64,000 nucleotides of DNA from a bacterium (lineage in GTDB: Bacteria; Zhuqueibacterota; Zhuqueibacteria; Residuimicrobiales; Krinioviventaceae). The stretch lies in the NCBI GenBank assembly GCA_963675755.2, contig CAXXMD010000002.1:2368001-2432000 (forward strand). The letters run 5' to 3'. Numbering within the stretch: the first letter of the stretch is position 1; each line of letters starts with the position of its first letter. Of the stretch, positions 21,467-31,416 are shown piece by piece. Made by a program: the position numbers and the translations under genes. The notes below the pieces were generated by a model. The model worked only from the letters and a program-made list of their open reading frames with translations. It searched no databases and was not told where the DNA came from.

Positions 21467-21862
21467 TTAATGAGGTAATGTAACTTTTGTCAAAGCTTCT
21501 CTCAAGTTTTCAGGTGTTACCGGCTTTGTTAAATACCATTCACACCCTTCATTAAATGAAGACATGATATCTTTGACATCATTTTTAATTGTAATCATTA
21601 AAATCTTGGCTTCCTGAGAAAACTTTACCTTATTATCAGTTTCCCATTTGCGGATATGATGAACCACCTGCTGTCCTGACATATCTGGCATTTCGATATC
21701 CATAGTAATCAAATTATAGGGGTCAGAATCTTTATGTGCTTTTTCAAACATAGACAGAGCTTCTTCACCATTCGGAACCGCGTCACACGTGCCATACTCA
21801 GACAATAACGCCTGCAATTTTGTACGGCTCACGTAATCATCATCCACAACCAATATCCTCAT
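21467..21862 (-). CDS. Single-domain response regulator (CheY-like)
   Basis: ILVVDDD, MDIEMP, KP. Confidence 0.9.
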   Translation of the reverse strand: MRILVVDDDYVSRTKLQALLSEYGTCDAVPNGEEALSMFEKAHKDSDPYNLITMDIEMPDMSGQQVVHHIRKWETDNKVKFSQEAKILMITIKNDVKDIMSSFNEGCEWYLTKPVTPENLREALTKVTLPH

Positions 21863-21885
21863 TGCTTACTCCTTTCAGTTGGAAA

Positions 21886-24147
21886 TTATTTTTTATTATT
21901 GATATATTCTGTTAAATTATTTGCTTCAGTCTGAAAGGACTGAAAATAATCTTGCATATTCATTGTGTTATTTACCAGCGCACTCTCTTCAATTTTTTCT
22001 GCCCAACTTGCAAGTGGCATTGCCGTAAGATTGGCTGCACCGCCTCTAATTTTATGAGCTTCTGCAGCAAGTTTTTTCAAATCATTCTCTGCCAACGCCT
22101 GTTCAAACCGGGCTAACTGGTTTTTCACATCAACTAAAAAATGTTCCAAAACATTATCAAGGACCGTTTGGTTTCCACCAAATTCTACAATGGCTCGCTC
22201 ATAATCAATAGGTTTATGATTATTGGCGACTGGTTGTTCTTGATCTATTGGAACACTATTGTTTTCTATAATTATTTCATCATTTCCGGGCATCCATTTT
22301 TTTACCTGGTATACAAATGCTTTTCTTCGCAAAGGTTTTACCAGTACATCACTCATACCCAATTCTTTACACTTTTGTCTCGTTGCAGAATCTGCATGAG
22401 CCGTTATGGCCAGAATAGGCACATTTTTATAATAGCTAACTGAATTACGTATTTTTTGTGCTGCTTCATAACCACTCATTTCCGGCATTTGCAGATCCAT
22501 TAATACCAGGTCATATTGGTTGTTTTTGCACAATTCTATTGCGTCTTTTCCATTGTCAGCAGTATCAATCTTGTAATCTGATTCATTCAAATGCTGCAAT
22601 GCTACCTGCATGTTGGGGTAATAATCATCTACAATTAAAATCCGTCCCTGTCCTGAACCGGCCGCAAGCGGCATTATCACTTTTTCTTCTATATTTTCAA
22701 CCGTATTAGTATATACTTCCATTGGAAGTACAAACCAAAAGTGACTCCCTTTTCCTGGTTCACTTTCCAGAAAAATTTGGCCGTTCATCAAATCCACAAG
22801 TTGATAAGCAATTGTAGTACCCAGACCTGTACCACCATATTTTCGGGTAATACTTCCATCTGCCTGTGTAAAACTTTTGAAAATATCTTTTTGTTTATTT
22901 TTAGGAATACCTATACCTGTATCATGAACGTGAAATTCAATACTATGCAGTTGGTCATTAATGTTTTCAAAAGCTACAATAACCTTTACATAACCAGATT
23001 CAGTAAATTTCACAGCATTACTGCACAGATTCATTAAAATCTGAAGCAGGCGAAGTTCATCTCCCAGGTATACCAACTGATTTTTATTATTAATTTCAAT
23101 TTCAAATTTCAAATTTTTAGCATCTGCAAGTATTTTAACACTCTTGCTCAGCTTTTCCATTATATGCCTTAAACTGAACGGTCTTTTTTCAATCAGCATC
23201 TTTCCGGCTTCAATTTTTGCCAGGTCCAAAAGATCACTGATTAATAAAAGCAGCATTTCAGATTGTTCCAATACTGTTCCAGCATGATCATAAATATGAT
23301 CAAGCGAATTTGAATTCAATATAGATTCAGAGAATCCAATAATCGAGTTCAATGGAGTACGCATTTCATGAGACATATTGAAAACAAACTGCGACTTTAA
23401 TCGGTTCGCATCTTCTGCTACCTTTTTTGCATGCCTTAGATTCTCTTCTGCCTGTTTTCGTTCAATATATGCACCCAGCATTTCACTGGCTGTCTGTAAA
23501 ACTCTCAAATCCACTGAACGCCATTTTTTCTCACGATTATTGTCAACAAAACAAATCATACCATACCACTCTTTGTTAACAAAAATAGGAATTACCAACA
23601 AAGATTCAATTGATAACTCTATTAAAAATTGCCTTTCAGTTTCATTAAACTCGCCTGTCACACCAAATATGGGATTCCGGGAACTCAATTCAGTTTGCCA
23701 TCTCTGCAATCCTTTTGAATAACGCAAGGGAGACAATAATTTGTTTTTCACCTGACTGTGAAAGCCTCGGGAACAACGTTCGTTTGTTACCCTTGCACCC
23801 AAGCCCCATTTATAATTATGGTTTTTTAATACCCATACACGGCTAACACCAACTGACTGTTGCAAAAATTTGAGTCCCGTATCAACTGAATCTTTTTGAG
23901 TTACCAGCAAAGCCTTTGAAAAATTCGCAAGTCCTTCTTCATAACGAAGACGGATCGCAAGCGCGTTTTGAGCACTTTGCTTTTCTTCAATTTCCTGATT
24001 CAACTGCTCGTTAATATTGGCAAGCTTTGTATAGATCTCGTAATAATTTTTACGGGCAGTTTCGTATTCTTCCTGGGTCAACTGGAGATCATTATTCAGG
24101 TGCTTAATTTCTGTTTCCAGTAAATGTATCTTTTGTTTGTGTTCCAT
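21886..24147 (-). CDS. Cytoplasmic hybrid sensor kinase (coiled coil-GAF-HisKA-HATPase-REC-HPt)
   Basis: SHEMRTPL H-box, N box, DTGIG, GGTGLG, REC MDLQMP, HPt AHKIRGGA; no clear transmembrane helix. Confidence 0.9.
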   Translation of the reverse strand: MEHKQKIHLLETEIKHLNNDLQLTQEEYETARKNYYEIYTKLANINEQLNQEIEEKQSAQNALAIRLRYEEGLANFSKALLVTQKDSVDTGLKFLQQSVGVSRVWVLKNHNYKWGLGARVTNERCSRGFHSQVKNKLLSPLRYSKGLQRWQTELSSRNPIFGVTGEFNETERQFLIELSIESLLVIPIFVNKEWYGMICFVDNNREKKWRSVDLRVLQTASEMLGAYIERKQAEENLRHAKKVAEDANRLKSQFVFNMSHEMRTPLNSIIGFSESILNSNSLDHIYDHAGTVLEQSEMLLLLISDLLDLAKIEAGKMLIEKRPFSLRHIMEKLSKSVKILADAKNLKFEIEINNKNQLVYLGDELRLLQILMNLCSNAVKFTESGYVKVIVAFENINDQLHSIEFHVHDTGIGIPKNKQKDIFKSFTQADGSITRKYGGTGLGTTIAYQLVDLMNGQIFLESEPGKGSHFWFVLPMEVYTNTVENIEEKVIMPLAAGSGQGRILIVDDYYPNMQVALQHLNESDYKIDTADNGKDAIELCKNNQYDLVLMDLQMPEMSGYEAAQKIRNSVSYYKNVPILAITAHADSATRQKCKELGMSDVLVKPLRRKAFVYQVKKWMPGNDEIIIENNSVPIDQEQPVANNHKPIDYERAIVEFGGNQTVLDNVLEHFLVDVKNQLARFEQALAENDLKKLAAEAHKIRGGAANLTAMPLASWAEKIEESALVNNTMNMQDYFQSFQTEANNLTEYINNKK

Positions 24148-25029
24148 TTAAAAGATGCCCATCTCTTCCATTTTTTTCAATTCAGCTTGCATATTCTTGG
24201 CTATCAGATCAAGCGCCTGCTCAGATAAACTCAAACGTTCCAGGGCGATTTCAAACTCTACATGATCTACATACGGAGCGTCTCCAAAACCCACCTGATT
24301 CACCTGACAATAATAATCTGCAATATAAATTGTATTACATAATCGTACATGGTCTTGATCATTTCTTGCAGGATTATGATGATTACCCACAGCGCGTGCA
24401 TATTCATTTGGCAAGTTCCAGCTTTCTATAAGCGCTTGGCCAACACTTGAATGATTGAAACCCAGGATTTCGGTTTCAACAACGTCCAGATTTCTTTGTT
24501 GTTGTTCAGTTACAATAAGTGCCTGTTTAAATTCATCCTGCATAAACTGGTCCATTGCAATGATACCAATATCATGCAGCATGCCGGCAACATAGGCATT
24601 CTCACCCCGTTCACCAAATTCACGTCTATAGATCATTTTGGCAAGTAAAGCTACAGCAAAACTATGACGCCACAAAGCAGGTCTTGAATAGGCACCAATA
24701 CAAACCTCTTTTTCAAAAATTTCACATACTTTTTGACTTAGCACAATTTCCTTAACCGTGTTGAATCCCAGCCAGATTACAGCCTGATCAATTTCTCTGA
24801 TTTTATTCTGTGGTGAATAGTAGGCAGAATTTGCTACTTTTAAAACCCGTGCGGTCAATGGAGGATCAACTTCTATGATCTCTTCGAGGTCCTTTGCAGT
24901 AGAATCCGGATCATTTATAATCTGAATAATCCGGGTAACTACACTTTTAATTGTAGAAATGTTGGATTGGTTAATATTTTCTATTAACTCTATTAAACGT
25001 GTATTTTTCACTTCCGTGTTTTCAGTCAT
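24148..25029 (-). CDS. HDOD-domain signal transduction protein
   Basis: DPPLTARVLKVANSAYY, LWRHS, GMLHDIG, HH motifs. The start is probably ATG 25029 (MTENTEV), not the longest-ORF start at 25191. Confidence 0.85.
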   Translation of the reverse strand: MTENTEVKNTRLIELIENINQSNISTIKSVVTRIIQIINDPDSTAKDLEEIIEVDPPLTARVLKVANSAYYSPQNKIREIDQAVIWLGFNTVKEIVLSQKVCEIFEKEVCIGAYSRPALWRHSFAVALLAKMIYRREFGERGENAYVAGMLHDIGIIAMDQFMQDEFKQALIVTEQQQRNLDVVETEILGFNHSSVGQALIESWNLPNEYARAVGNHHNPARNDQDHVRLCNTIYIADYYCQVNQVGFGDAPYVDHVEFEIALERLSLSEQALDLIAKNMQAELKKMEEMGIF

Positions 25030-25666
25030 TCTTTTTCCTGCTTTTTTAATTTTTCTTTTTACCATCCTGCTAACATTCAATTGAATCAGAGAATGCCTCA
25101 AATACATGTTTTGTTCAATATATTTATATCCCCAAAGCCTGCTTATAATATCAATCCATCTGAATTGGGATTGACAATATAAATCTATCATATAAAATTT
25201 ATTAAAAAACTTGCAATAACTTGATCATTTCCTCCCTTTTGTTTGCCTGCATTTCATGGTTTACATACAGATTTTGTAATTGCGAGAATCAAGTACTATT
25301 AAATATCAAACATTATGAAAAATGTCAAGATAACCAATAACTATTTAACACAAAAAACAGACTCAACATTCAATGTTATATGATACAATAAGAATTTAAT
25401 GTTAAGCTTTGCCAGCATAATAATCGCAAAAATTACATTATAATATTTAAAAACTTGAGTAAAATAAATTCTTTTTTCTAGAATATCCAGTAATTATTTA
25501 AAAAAAATGCAATTTTATTCAACATGTACATAAAATAAATAATATTAATACTCCAAACTTATAAATTAATGCAAAAAAAATGCCCAAGATTAGTTATTTG
25601 GAAAAAAATATGATTTTTATGTGTTATATGTAATTCAAAATATATCAAGTCCATTTTCTCAACAAA

Positions 25667-25682
25667 TGGCATGTAATTTGAA
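25667..25682 (+). promoter_or_regulatory. Putative sigma-54 (-24/-12) promoter of the 1285-aa lyase gene
   Basis: TGGCAT-GTAAT-TTGAA, about 205 nt upstream of the start, in an AT-rich intergenic region. Confidence 0.55.
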
Positions 25683-25887
25683 TAAATAGAAGTGAAATGG
25701 ATGAAAAAACTAGTGACAGATGCAGTTAAAACCAATAAAATAAACGACTTGATCAAGATGACAAGTAAAAAAACAGAAAAAATGAATTACAAAATGAGAC
25801 ATAAAAGCAACAATTTTTGTAATTTAACTCAAAGAATGTCACAGTTTATTGTATACTTATATTTAAGAACCACCACGGAGTAATATT

Positions 25888-28800
25888 ATGGAAAAGAGAC
25901 ACACAATCTTGTTGTTTGCTGTAGCAATATTGATTGCTTTTGGAGGAAAAGTATTTTCCGCCAAAACGGCACCTGTGTGGGTACCCTCTTCGATCGATAC
26001 ACAATCCCTGCTATCACAGGTAAGCCCATATAATAGTATGACAGATACACAATTACGAAGCTTGTTAACTACTGAAGGTAAAACCAATTCAAAAAATATT
26101 GATATGGTTGATATTGTTTATGCATATGCTTTGCTTTATCAGGCAACAGATGATATTGAATATGCAAGAAAAGCAACCGTATTATTAGATAGATATGCTG
26201 AAGTTTTCCCCAGTTGGCCCACTGATTACGGCGGTAGCCGGGGTTACTGGATGTGGTGGGATAACTGGTTCCACAGAGATCTGGGATGGGTAGCAAAACA
26301 TTTAGCCCAGGCTTTTGATATGACCCGTTACAGTTCTGTCTATGATTCTTTCGCATCAGGTACAGAGACCGACATTTACAACCTTTTAAAAGAAATTGTC
26401 AAAGTTGATATGGGTTACACTTTGTACATGTTTAACTCTTCAGGTTCAAGACCCATGGGATATATCATTTTTGGTCGTGTTCTTGAAGATCCTGAACTGG
26501 TTCACTTGGGATACTGGTACTATAACAAAATGTTACACCAGAGTTTTGGCCCTGACGGTTACTGGTATGAGGGATGTTATGGATATGGCAACATTGCTTA
26601 TTGGGAACTGTCTAATGATGAATATAAATACTATCTTGACGGCTATTCTGATCCCGATGGTTATACCCATGTTCCATTTGAAGAAGGTTTAGACCCGATT
26701 CGACTAGACAATGTAGATTATGATGCTGAATTTGGCACTTTATTTTCAAGAATAGATGATATACTCTGGTCTACCGCCCTTCCTGATGGCAACTGGCCAA
26801 TCATGAACGAAACTGAAGCATTCCCGGATGGTTACAACGGAACCAACCCCAGAGATATTAAGGTTATTTTGCCTGAATCCAGATTGTTCCATGGTGTGGG
26901 ACATTCAGCAATGGCTTATGGCAGCGGCAGTACTCAAACCCAGGCGCGCCTCGATTTCAGTCACGCTGCGGCACACGTGCATGATGATGCTCTGCATTTA
27001 ATTTATTACGCAAAAGGCGAAGAAGTTCTTGGTGGTACCGGTTATGTTTATCAGGACCGTACCTGGAACGCAGATGTTCGTAATCAGAACCTGGTAATTG
27101 TAAATAATTCTGATCAAAAAACAGGTTACTGGACAGATTATACAAATTCTCCCTATATACCCGATGAAGGCAGACAGTCTGGCTTACCAACTACCAGACC
27201 GTTCCCCACATCAACAAATATGCACAATAACATTTTACTATTCGAGCCCGGCTACAAGGGTAATAAAGCAATTCAGATTACCGAAGTAGACGCTCTCGAT
27301 GCATATGATCATATCGGTGTAGACAGATATCAGCGTATGCTGGCCATGGTTAATATTAGCGGAAACGATACCTACCTGGTTGACTTTTTCCGCCTCAAAG
27401 GTGGTACCCAGTATGATTGGGCATTACATGGCGGCCATGTTTCAACAATCGCTCCGGTCCATCCGGGCTACTCTGCATCTACCAGTCTCAGCATGAGCAG
27501 TACATCTGGTTCATTTGGCAGTATCAGTTTTCAATCCAGTGCAACAACAGATAAAAACTGGTATGGAGAGTTTAATTACAATGGTGTAATCAATCGTTTT
27601 TCAATGATTGGCAATTCAAGTACAACCGTATATAAAGGTAGAGCACCACAATCCGGTAAAACCTCTTCAGGTGATCAGGATTATATTGTAGCAAGAAGAT
27701 CTGCAAGTTCTTCTTCCGATGAAAACTTTATGGTAATACATGAAACCTATACCGGTTCTCCACGAGTTCAGTCCATTGAAGAACTCACATTCGATGGTGA
27801 TCCCGGAACTGCTATAGGTATGAAAATCACTATCGACAATAATACAGTAGATTATATTATTCATACGCTTGACGAAGGCCCCAGTTATCCTGAACATGTA
27901 GTATCTCAGGAAAACAACCTTTCCATGACTGGTAAATTTGCTCACATCAGAGTTACCTCAGGTCAGGTCACCTGGATCCAGCTGGTACAGGGTGGTTCCG
28001 CATCATTTGGCTCGCAATCAATAGCGTCAGAAGATGGTGACTATTCATGGCGTGGTACTGTAAATTCAGTGTCTCGAATTGAAAATGGAAGCAGTGAAAA
28101 CAGTTTTGTTGTTAACCAATCATTACCCTCCAATGGTGAACTGGATGGAAAAACCGTCATTGTAACCTGGGGCAATGGATGGAAATGGGGTTACAAGATC
28201 AAATCTGTTAGTGGTAATAGAATTATTACCGATGACGAACCGGGTTTTGATTACAGCGGCGGTTCAGTACAAATGAAATTTTTCCCGGCAGGCACTTATT
28301 CAGGACCTGTAACGTTTATCATCCCGGGAACAGCGATTCTCGATGAAAACGGAACCATTACTTCTACAGAAGGTAATGCTCAATTGGCAGACACTACACC
28401 CCCTTCAATCGCAAGTACTACACCTGCGAGCGGTGCGGAAAATGTTCCAATGAATAGCCAGATTTCCATATCTTTTAACGAGTCCATGAATACTTCAAGT
28501 GTAGAATCTGCCGTTTCTATTTCTCCATCAATTACGTTAAATAAAAGCTGGAGTGGTAATACCTTGATATTAACACCCGCTATTGACTTTAACGAGACAA
28601 CAAGCTATATTGTAACTGTTGGCAGTAGTGCGCAGGATGTCTCCGGAAATCCCCTGGATGGAAACGGAGACGGTACAGGTGGAGATGCTTTCCAGCTCAG
28701 CTTTATTACAAGTTCACCACCTGAACCTGTTTATCTTTATATAGAAGCAGAAACAGCTACCGTAGTTGCACCTATGCAGGTCCTAAGCGATGCAAATGCA

Positions 28801-29745
28801 TCAGGCGGACAATATGTCGGTGTACCCGAAGGTGGAGGCAACAACAGCGGTACAGCCAGCATTACTTTTCAGGTACCTTTTTCAGACACATATTATTTAT
28901 GGGGCTTGGTAAACGCCCCAACAAGTAGTGAAGATTCATATATCATCAGTATTGATGGCGATAGAGACAGAATTTGGGATGTATTATACGAATCACATCC
29001 TGCTGAATGGACATGGGACCAGTTTGCAGAAAGAGGAACAGGTGCATTCGATGCTCCACAATATGATCCTGCAACGTTCCCGCTCTCAGCTGGTAGTTAT
29101 ACTTTGCAGATTACCAACCGTGAAGACGGCACATTGATCGATCAGATATTGATCACAAACGATCCGGATTTTGATCCGTCAAACACCAATCAGTCTGTAA
29201 GTTATACTGTTCCGGCAGGTTATAGTACCATTGCGGTTCCACTCAAAAATACAGAAATTGTATATGCCAGCGATCTGGCTGTAGCAATAGAAAGTCAGTT
29301 GGGTGATAATACAGTAAACGGATTGTCATATTGGGATTCAGGTATGCAGCGATATGTCAGCTTTGCTCCACATCTCCCATCATTTTTACAGGGAACCAAT
29401 TTTGAAATTCCATGTGGCATGCCTGTACTGGCAAACACAACTGTAAGCGGCACCTGGAACCTTGAAGGAGCATTAGAAGATATCTTTTATTCCCTTAGCG
29501 AAGGATACAACCTGATTGCACTTGAACTGGATAAAGTGGATATAACAAATGCAAGTGAACTTGCAGCAGCAATTGAATCACAATTGGGTGAAAATACTGT
29601 TAATGGTTTATCATATTGGAACGCAGAAACACAAAGGTGGGTAAGCTTTGCCCCACACTTGCCATCGTTCCTGCAAGGCACAAATTTCTCTACATCTCCC
29701 GGCCAATCATTCCTGGTGAATGTTTTGGTCAGTGGACAATTCTAA
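25888..29745 (+). CDS. Large secreted modular polysaccharide lyase-like protein (heparinase II/III-like, Big_5 Ig, CBM-like module, two C-terminal repeats)
   Basis: Signal peptide; DG.W.EG..Y and H.H.D.LH motifs of the heparinase II/III superfamily; DTTPPSIASTTP..G..NVP Big_5 start; IEAE...ASGGQYV CBM6/35-like module; tandem C-terminal repeats. Confidence 0.75.
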   Translation: MEKRHTILLFAVAILIAFGGKVFSAKTAPVWVPSSIDTQSLLSQVSPYNSMTDTQLRSLLTTEGKTNSKNIDMVDIVYAYALLYQATDDIEYARKATVLLDRYAEVFPSWPTDYGGSRGYWMWWDNWFHRDLGWVAKHLAQAFDMTRYSSVYDSFASGTETDIYNLLKEIVKVDMGYTLYMFNSSGSRPMGYIIFGRVLEDPELVHLGYWYYNKMLHQSFGPDGYWYEGCYGYGNIAYWELSNDEYKYYLDGYSDPDGYTHVPFEEGLDPIRLDNVDYDAEFGTLFSRIDDILWSTALPDGNWPIMNETEAFPDGYNGTNPRDIKVILPESRLFHGVGHSAMAYGSGSTQTQARLDFSHAAAHVHDDALHLIYYAKGEEVLGGTGYVYQDRTWNADVRNQNLVIVNNSDQKTGYWTDYTNSPYIPDEGRQSGLPTTRPFPTSTNMHNNILLFEPGYKGNKAIQITEVDALDAYDHIGVDRYQRMLAMVNISGNDTYLVDFFRLKGGTQYDWALHGGHVSTIAPVHPGYSASTSLSMSSTSGSFGSISFQSSATTDKNWYGEFNYNGVINRFSMIGNSSTTVYKGRAPQSGKTSSGDQDYIVARRSASSSSDENFMVIHETYTGSPRVQSIEELTFDGDPGTAIGMKITIDNNTVDYIIHTLDEGPSYPEHVVSQENNLSMTGKFAHIRVTSGQVTWIQLVQGGSASFGSQSIASEDGDYSWRGTVNSVSRIENGSSENSFVVNQSLPSNGELDGKTVIVTWGNGWKWGYKIKSVSGNRIITDDEPGFDYSGGSVQMKFFPAGTYSGPVTFIIPGTAILDENGTITSTEGNAQLADTTPPSIASTTPASGAENVPMNSQISISFNESMNTSSVESAVSISPSITLNKSWSGNTLILTPAIDFNETTSYIVTVGSSAQDVSGNPLDGNGDGTGGDAFQLSFITSSPPEPVYLYIEAETATVVAPMQVLSDANASGGQYVGVPEGGGNNSGTASITFQVPFSDTYYLWGLVNAPTSSEDSYIISIDGDRDRIWDVLYESHPAEWTWDQFAERGTGAFDAPQYDPATFPLSAGSYTLQITNREDGTLIDQILITNDPDFDPSNTNQSVSYTVPAGYSTIAVPLKNTEIVYASDLAVAIESQLGDNTVNGLSYWDSGMQRYVSFAPHLPSFLQGTNFEIPCGMPVLANTTVSGTWNLEGALEDIFYSLSEGYNLIALELDKVDITNASELAAAIESQLGENTVNGLSYWNAETQRWVSFAPHLPSFLQGTNFSTSPGQSFLVNVLVSGQF
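29203..29742 (+). repeat. Two in-frame tandem protein repeats, period 95 aa
   Basis: Both copies contain AIESQLG(D/E)NTVNGLSYW...VSFAPHLPSFLQGTNF. Confidence 0.9.
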
Positions 29746-29761
29746 ATATCACCTCCCCGGT

Positions 29762-29811
29762 AGGGCCAGTCGCAAAGTCGTTTTTTTCGATAGCGTGACT
29801 GGCCTTTTTTT
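29762..29811 (+). terminator. Intrinsic terminator with long stem
   Basis: AGGGCCAGTCGC...GTGACTGGCCTT followed by a T run, just after the stop codon. Confidence 0.75.
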
Positions 29812-29939
29812 ATATCAAATTACAACATTGTAATTACAAAACCGAAAACAAGCTAAATTGTCCATCAAAATCGTTATAAAGCTGCACTTAAACCCAAAAA
29901 CAAGCCCTAAAGTCAATAATTAAATAGATTTATACCAAA

Positions 29940-30052
29940 TGTCCATAATAATGGACAAATAATAATAAGAATTTAATAAATTACTTGAAATTTTAAATAA
30001 ATTGACCACAAAAATGGACTTTGCATTTCATTTTTGTCCCCCAGAATGGACA
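29940..30052. promoter_or_regulatory. Three palindromic TGTCCA-N6-TGGACA sites (putative enhancer-binding-protein sites)
   Basis: TGTCCATAATAATGGACA (29940), TGACCACAAAAATGGACT (30003), TGTCCCCCAGAATGGACA (30035). Confidence 0.7.
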
Positions 30053-30184
30053 AAAAATACATCATTTTAACATCAAGTCGATTAAAAACAATCACTTAGG
30101 CAATTCCCGGGTAGCACAAACACCGCCACCACCGTAAACCTTTTAAAAACAACATATTGCAGCAAAAATTTTTCCTCTTATTTT

Positions 30185-30200
30185 TGGCACACAAGTTGAA
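30185..30200 (+). promoter_or_regulatory. Putative sigma-54 promoter
   Basis: TTTTTGGCAC-ACAAG-TTGAA about 50 nt upstream of ATG 30250. Confidence 0.7.
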
Positions 30201-30249
30201 TATAGAGATAGTGAAAGCAACAAGAACCATCAATAAAGAGGAAATTGAA

Positions 30250-31266
30250 ATGTTTGCATACAATATGAAATCGACTAAAACCTGGCTCTTAATCAGCCTG
30301 ACACTGCTTATCGTTATGAGTGGTTTTGCAAATGCACAAGTTGCAAAAAATGTTTGGATGTATATTTATAATTCAGATGGCTCCGCACCTTCCACTGGCG
30401 ATATTAAAATCACTGCATACCTGCAAAAAAATCCATCGGACAAACTGATCTCATCCAATAGCGAAAATGGCTGGATTTATGACATTAACACCAAATGGGG
30501 TTTTTACCCAAACCCGGAAGATGCCGGCTCAACCAATGCAACTGTTGGTGACATTCTGGTTATTGAATGTCTGAATACCAGTGGCAATCAGTTTGATGGT
30601 GAATTCAAAGCAATATCGGGAACCTTGAACGAAAACATGACACAACAATTTGGTAGCAATAATTTTTCACTTCCCGTTGAATTGGCAAATTTTAAAGCAA
30701 ATGTTGATCAGGGTATTGTTAACCTTGAATGGAGCACCGAGTCTGAAACTATCAACCTTGGCTTTAACATTTACCGCAGCGAAGCTGGAAAAAATGATTA
30801 TCAAAAAATTAATACCACACTGATTCCAGGATCAGGCACCACCACAGAAAAACATTCTTATTCTTATAATGACGAAACTGCAGAATATGGAAAAACATAT
30901 AGCTACAAAATCCAGAATGTAGACTCTGACGGAAGCCAAAAATTCTACTCTTCACTTTCAGTAGAAATTGATTCTGAACAAGTACCAGCAAAATTTGATT
31001 TGTCACAAAATTACCCAAATCCTTTTAATCCGGTAACTACTATTAATTACAGTCTTGCTGAAAACAGTGATGTTACTCTCACTATTTTCAACACCCTGGG
31101 TGAAGTAGTAAACGTACTGGTAAATGAATCTCAAACTGCAGGCAGCTATAACGTAACCTGGAACGGCCTTTCAAGTGCCGGCACCAAAGTAGCTTCAGGA
31201 ATGTACTTTTACCAGATTCAGGCTGGTAACTTTAATCAAGTTAAAAAGATGATGTTGTCCAAATAA
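30250..31266 (+). CDS. Small secreted protein: unknown ~110-aa N-terminal domain, LPVEL Ig-like domain, FlgD-Ig/secretion-tail C-terminal domain
   Basis: Signal peptide ending ANA-Q; LPVELANF; LSQNYPNPFNP...SGMYFY...KKMMLSK. Start ATG 30250 follows GAGGA. Confidence 0.8.
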   Translation: MFAYNMKSTKTWLLISLTLLIVMSGFANAQVAKNVWMYIYNSDGSAPSTGDIKITAYLQKNPSDKLISSNSENGWIYDINTKWGFYPNPEDAGSTNATVGDILVIECLNTSGNQFDGEFKAISGTLNENMTQQFGSNNFSLPVELANFKANVDQGIVNLEWSTESETINLGFNIYRSEAGKNDYQKINTTLIPGSGTTTEKHSYSYNDETAEYGKTYSYKIQNVDSDGSQKFYSSLSVEIDSEQVPAKFDLSQNYPNPFNPVTTINYSLAENSDVTLTIFNTLGEVVNVLVNESQTAGSYNVTWNGLSSAGTKVASGMYFYQIQAGNFNQVKKMMLSK

Positions 31267-31297
31267 TTTTGCATAAAATATTAAATTTCATTCCTCT

Positions 31298-31331
31298 ACC
31301 CCTCACAGTTGCAATTGTGAGGGGTTTTTTT
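31298..31331 (+). terminator. Intrinsic terminator
   Basis: ACCCCTCACAGTT-GC-AATTGTGAGGGGT plus a T run. Confidence 0.85.
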
Positions 31332-31416
31332 ATTTATATCAAAAACTGCTTTTCTCTTTATATTAATTATTATACATTTCATTATATATCTCTTTTACCA
31401 AATTTTCAGGTTTGTT

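Noticed and set aside
25559-25883. Short ORFs in the AT-rich intergenic region
   Set aside because: No RBS or recognisable motifs, and they overlap the predicted promoter and leader.
30105-30140. GC-rich patch resembling an ops/JUMPStart element
   Set aside because: It does not match GGCGGTAG and is on the wrong strand for the downstream gene.
30157-30249. TTG-start N-terminal extension of the small secreted protein
   Set aside because: It overlaps the sigma-54 promoter; ATG 30250 has an RBS and places the signal peptide near the N-terminus.
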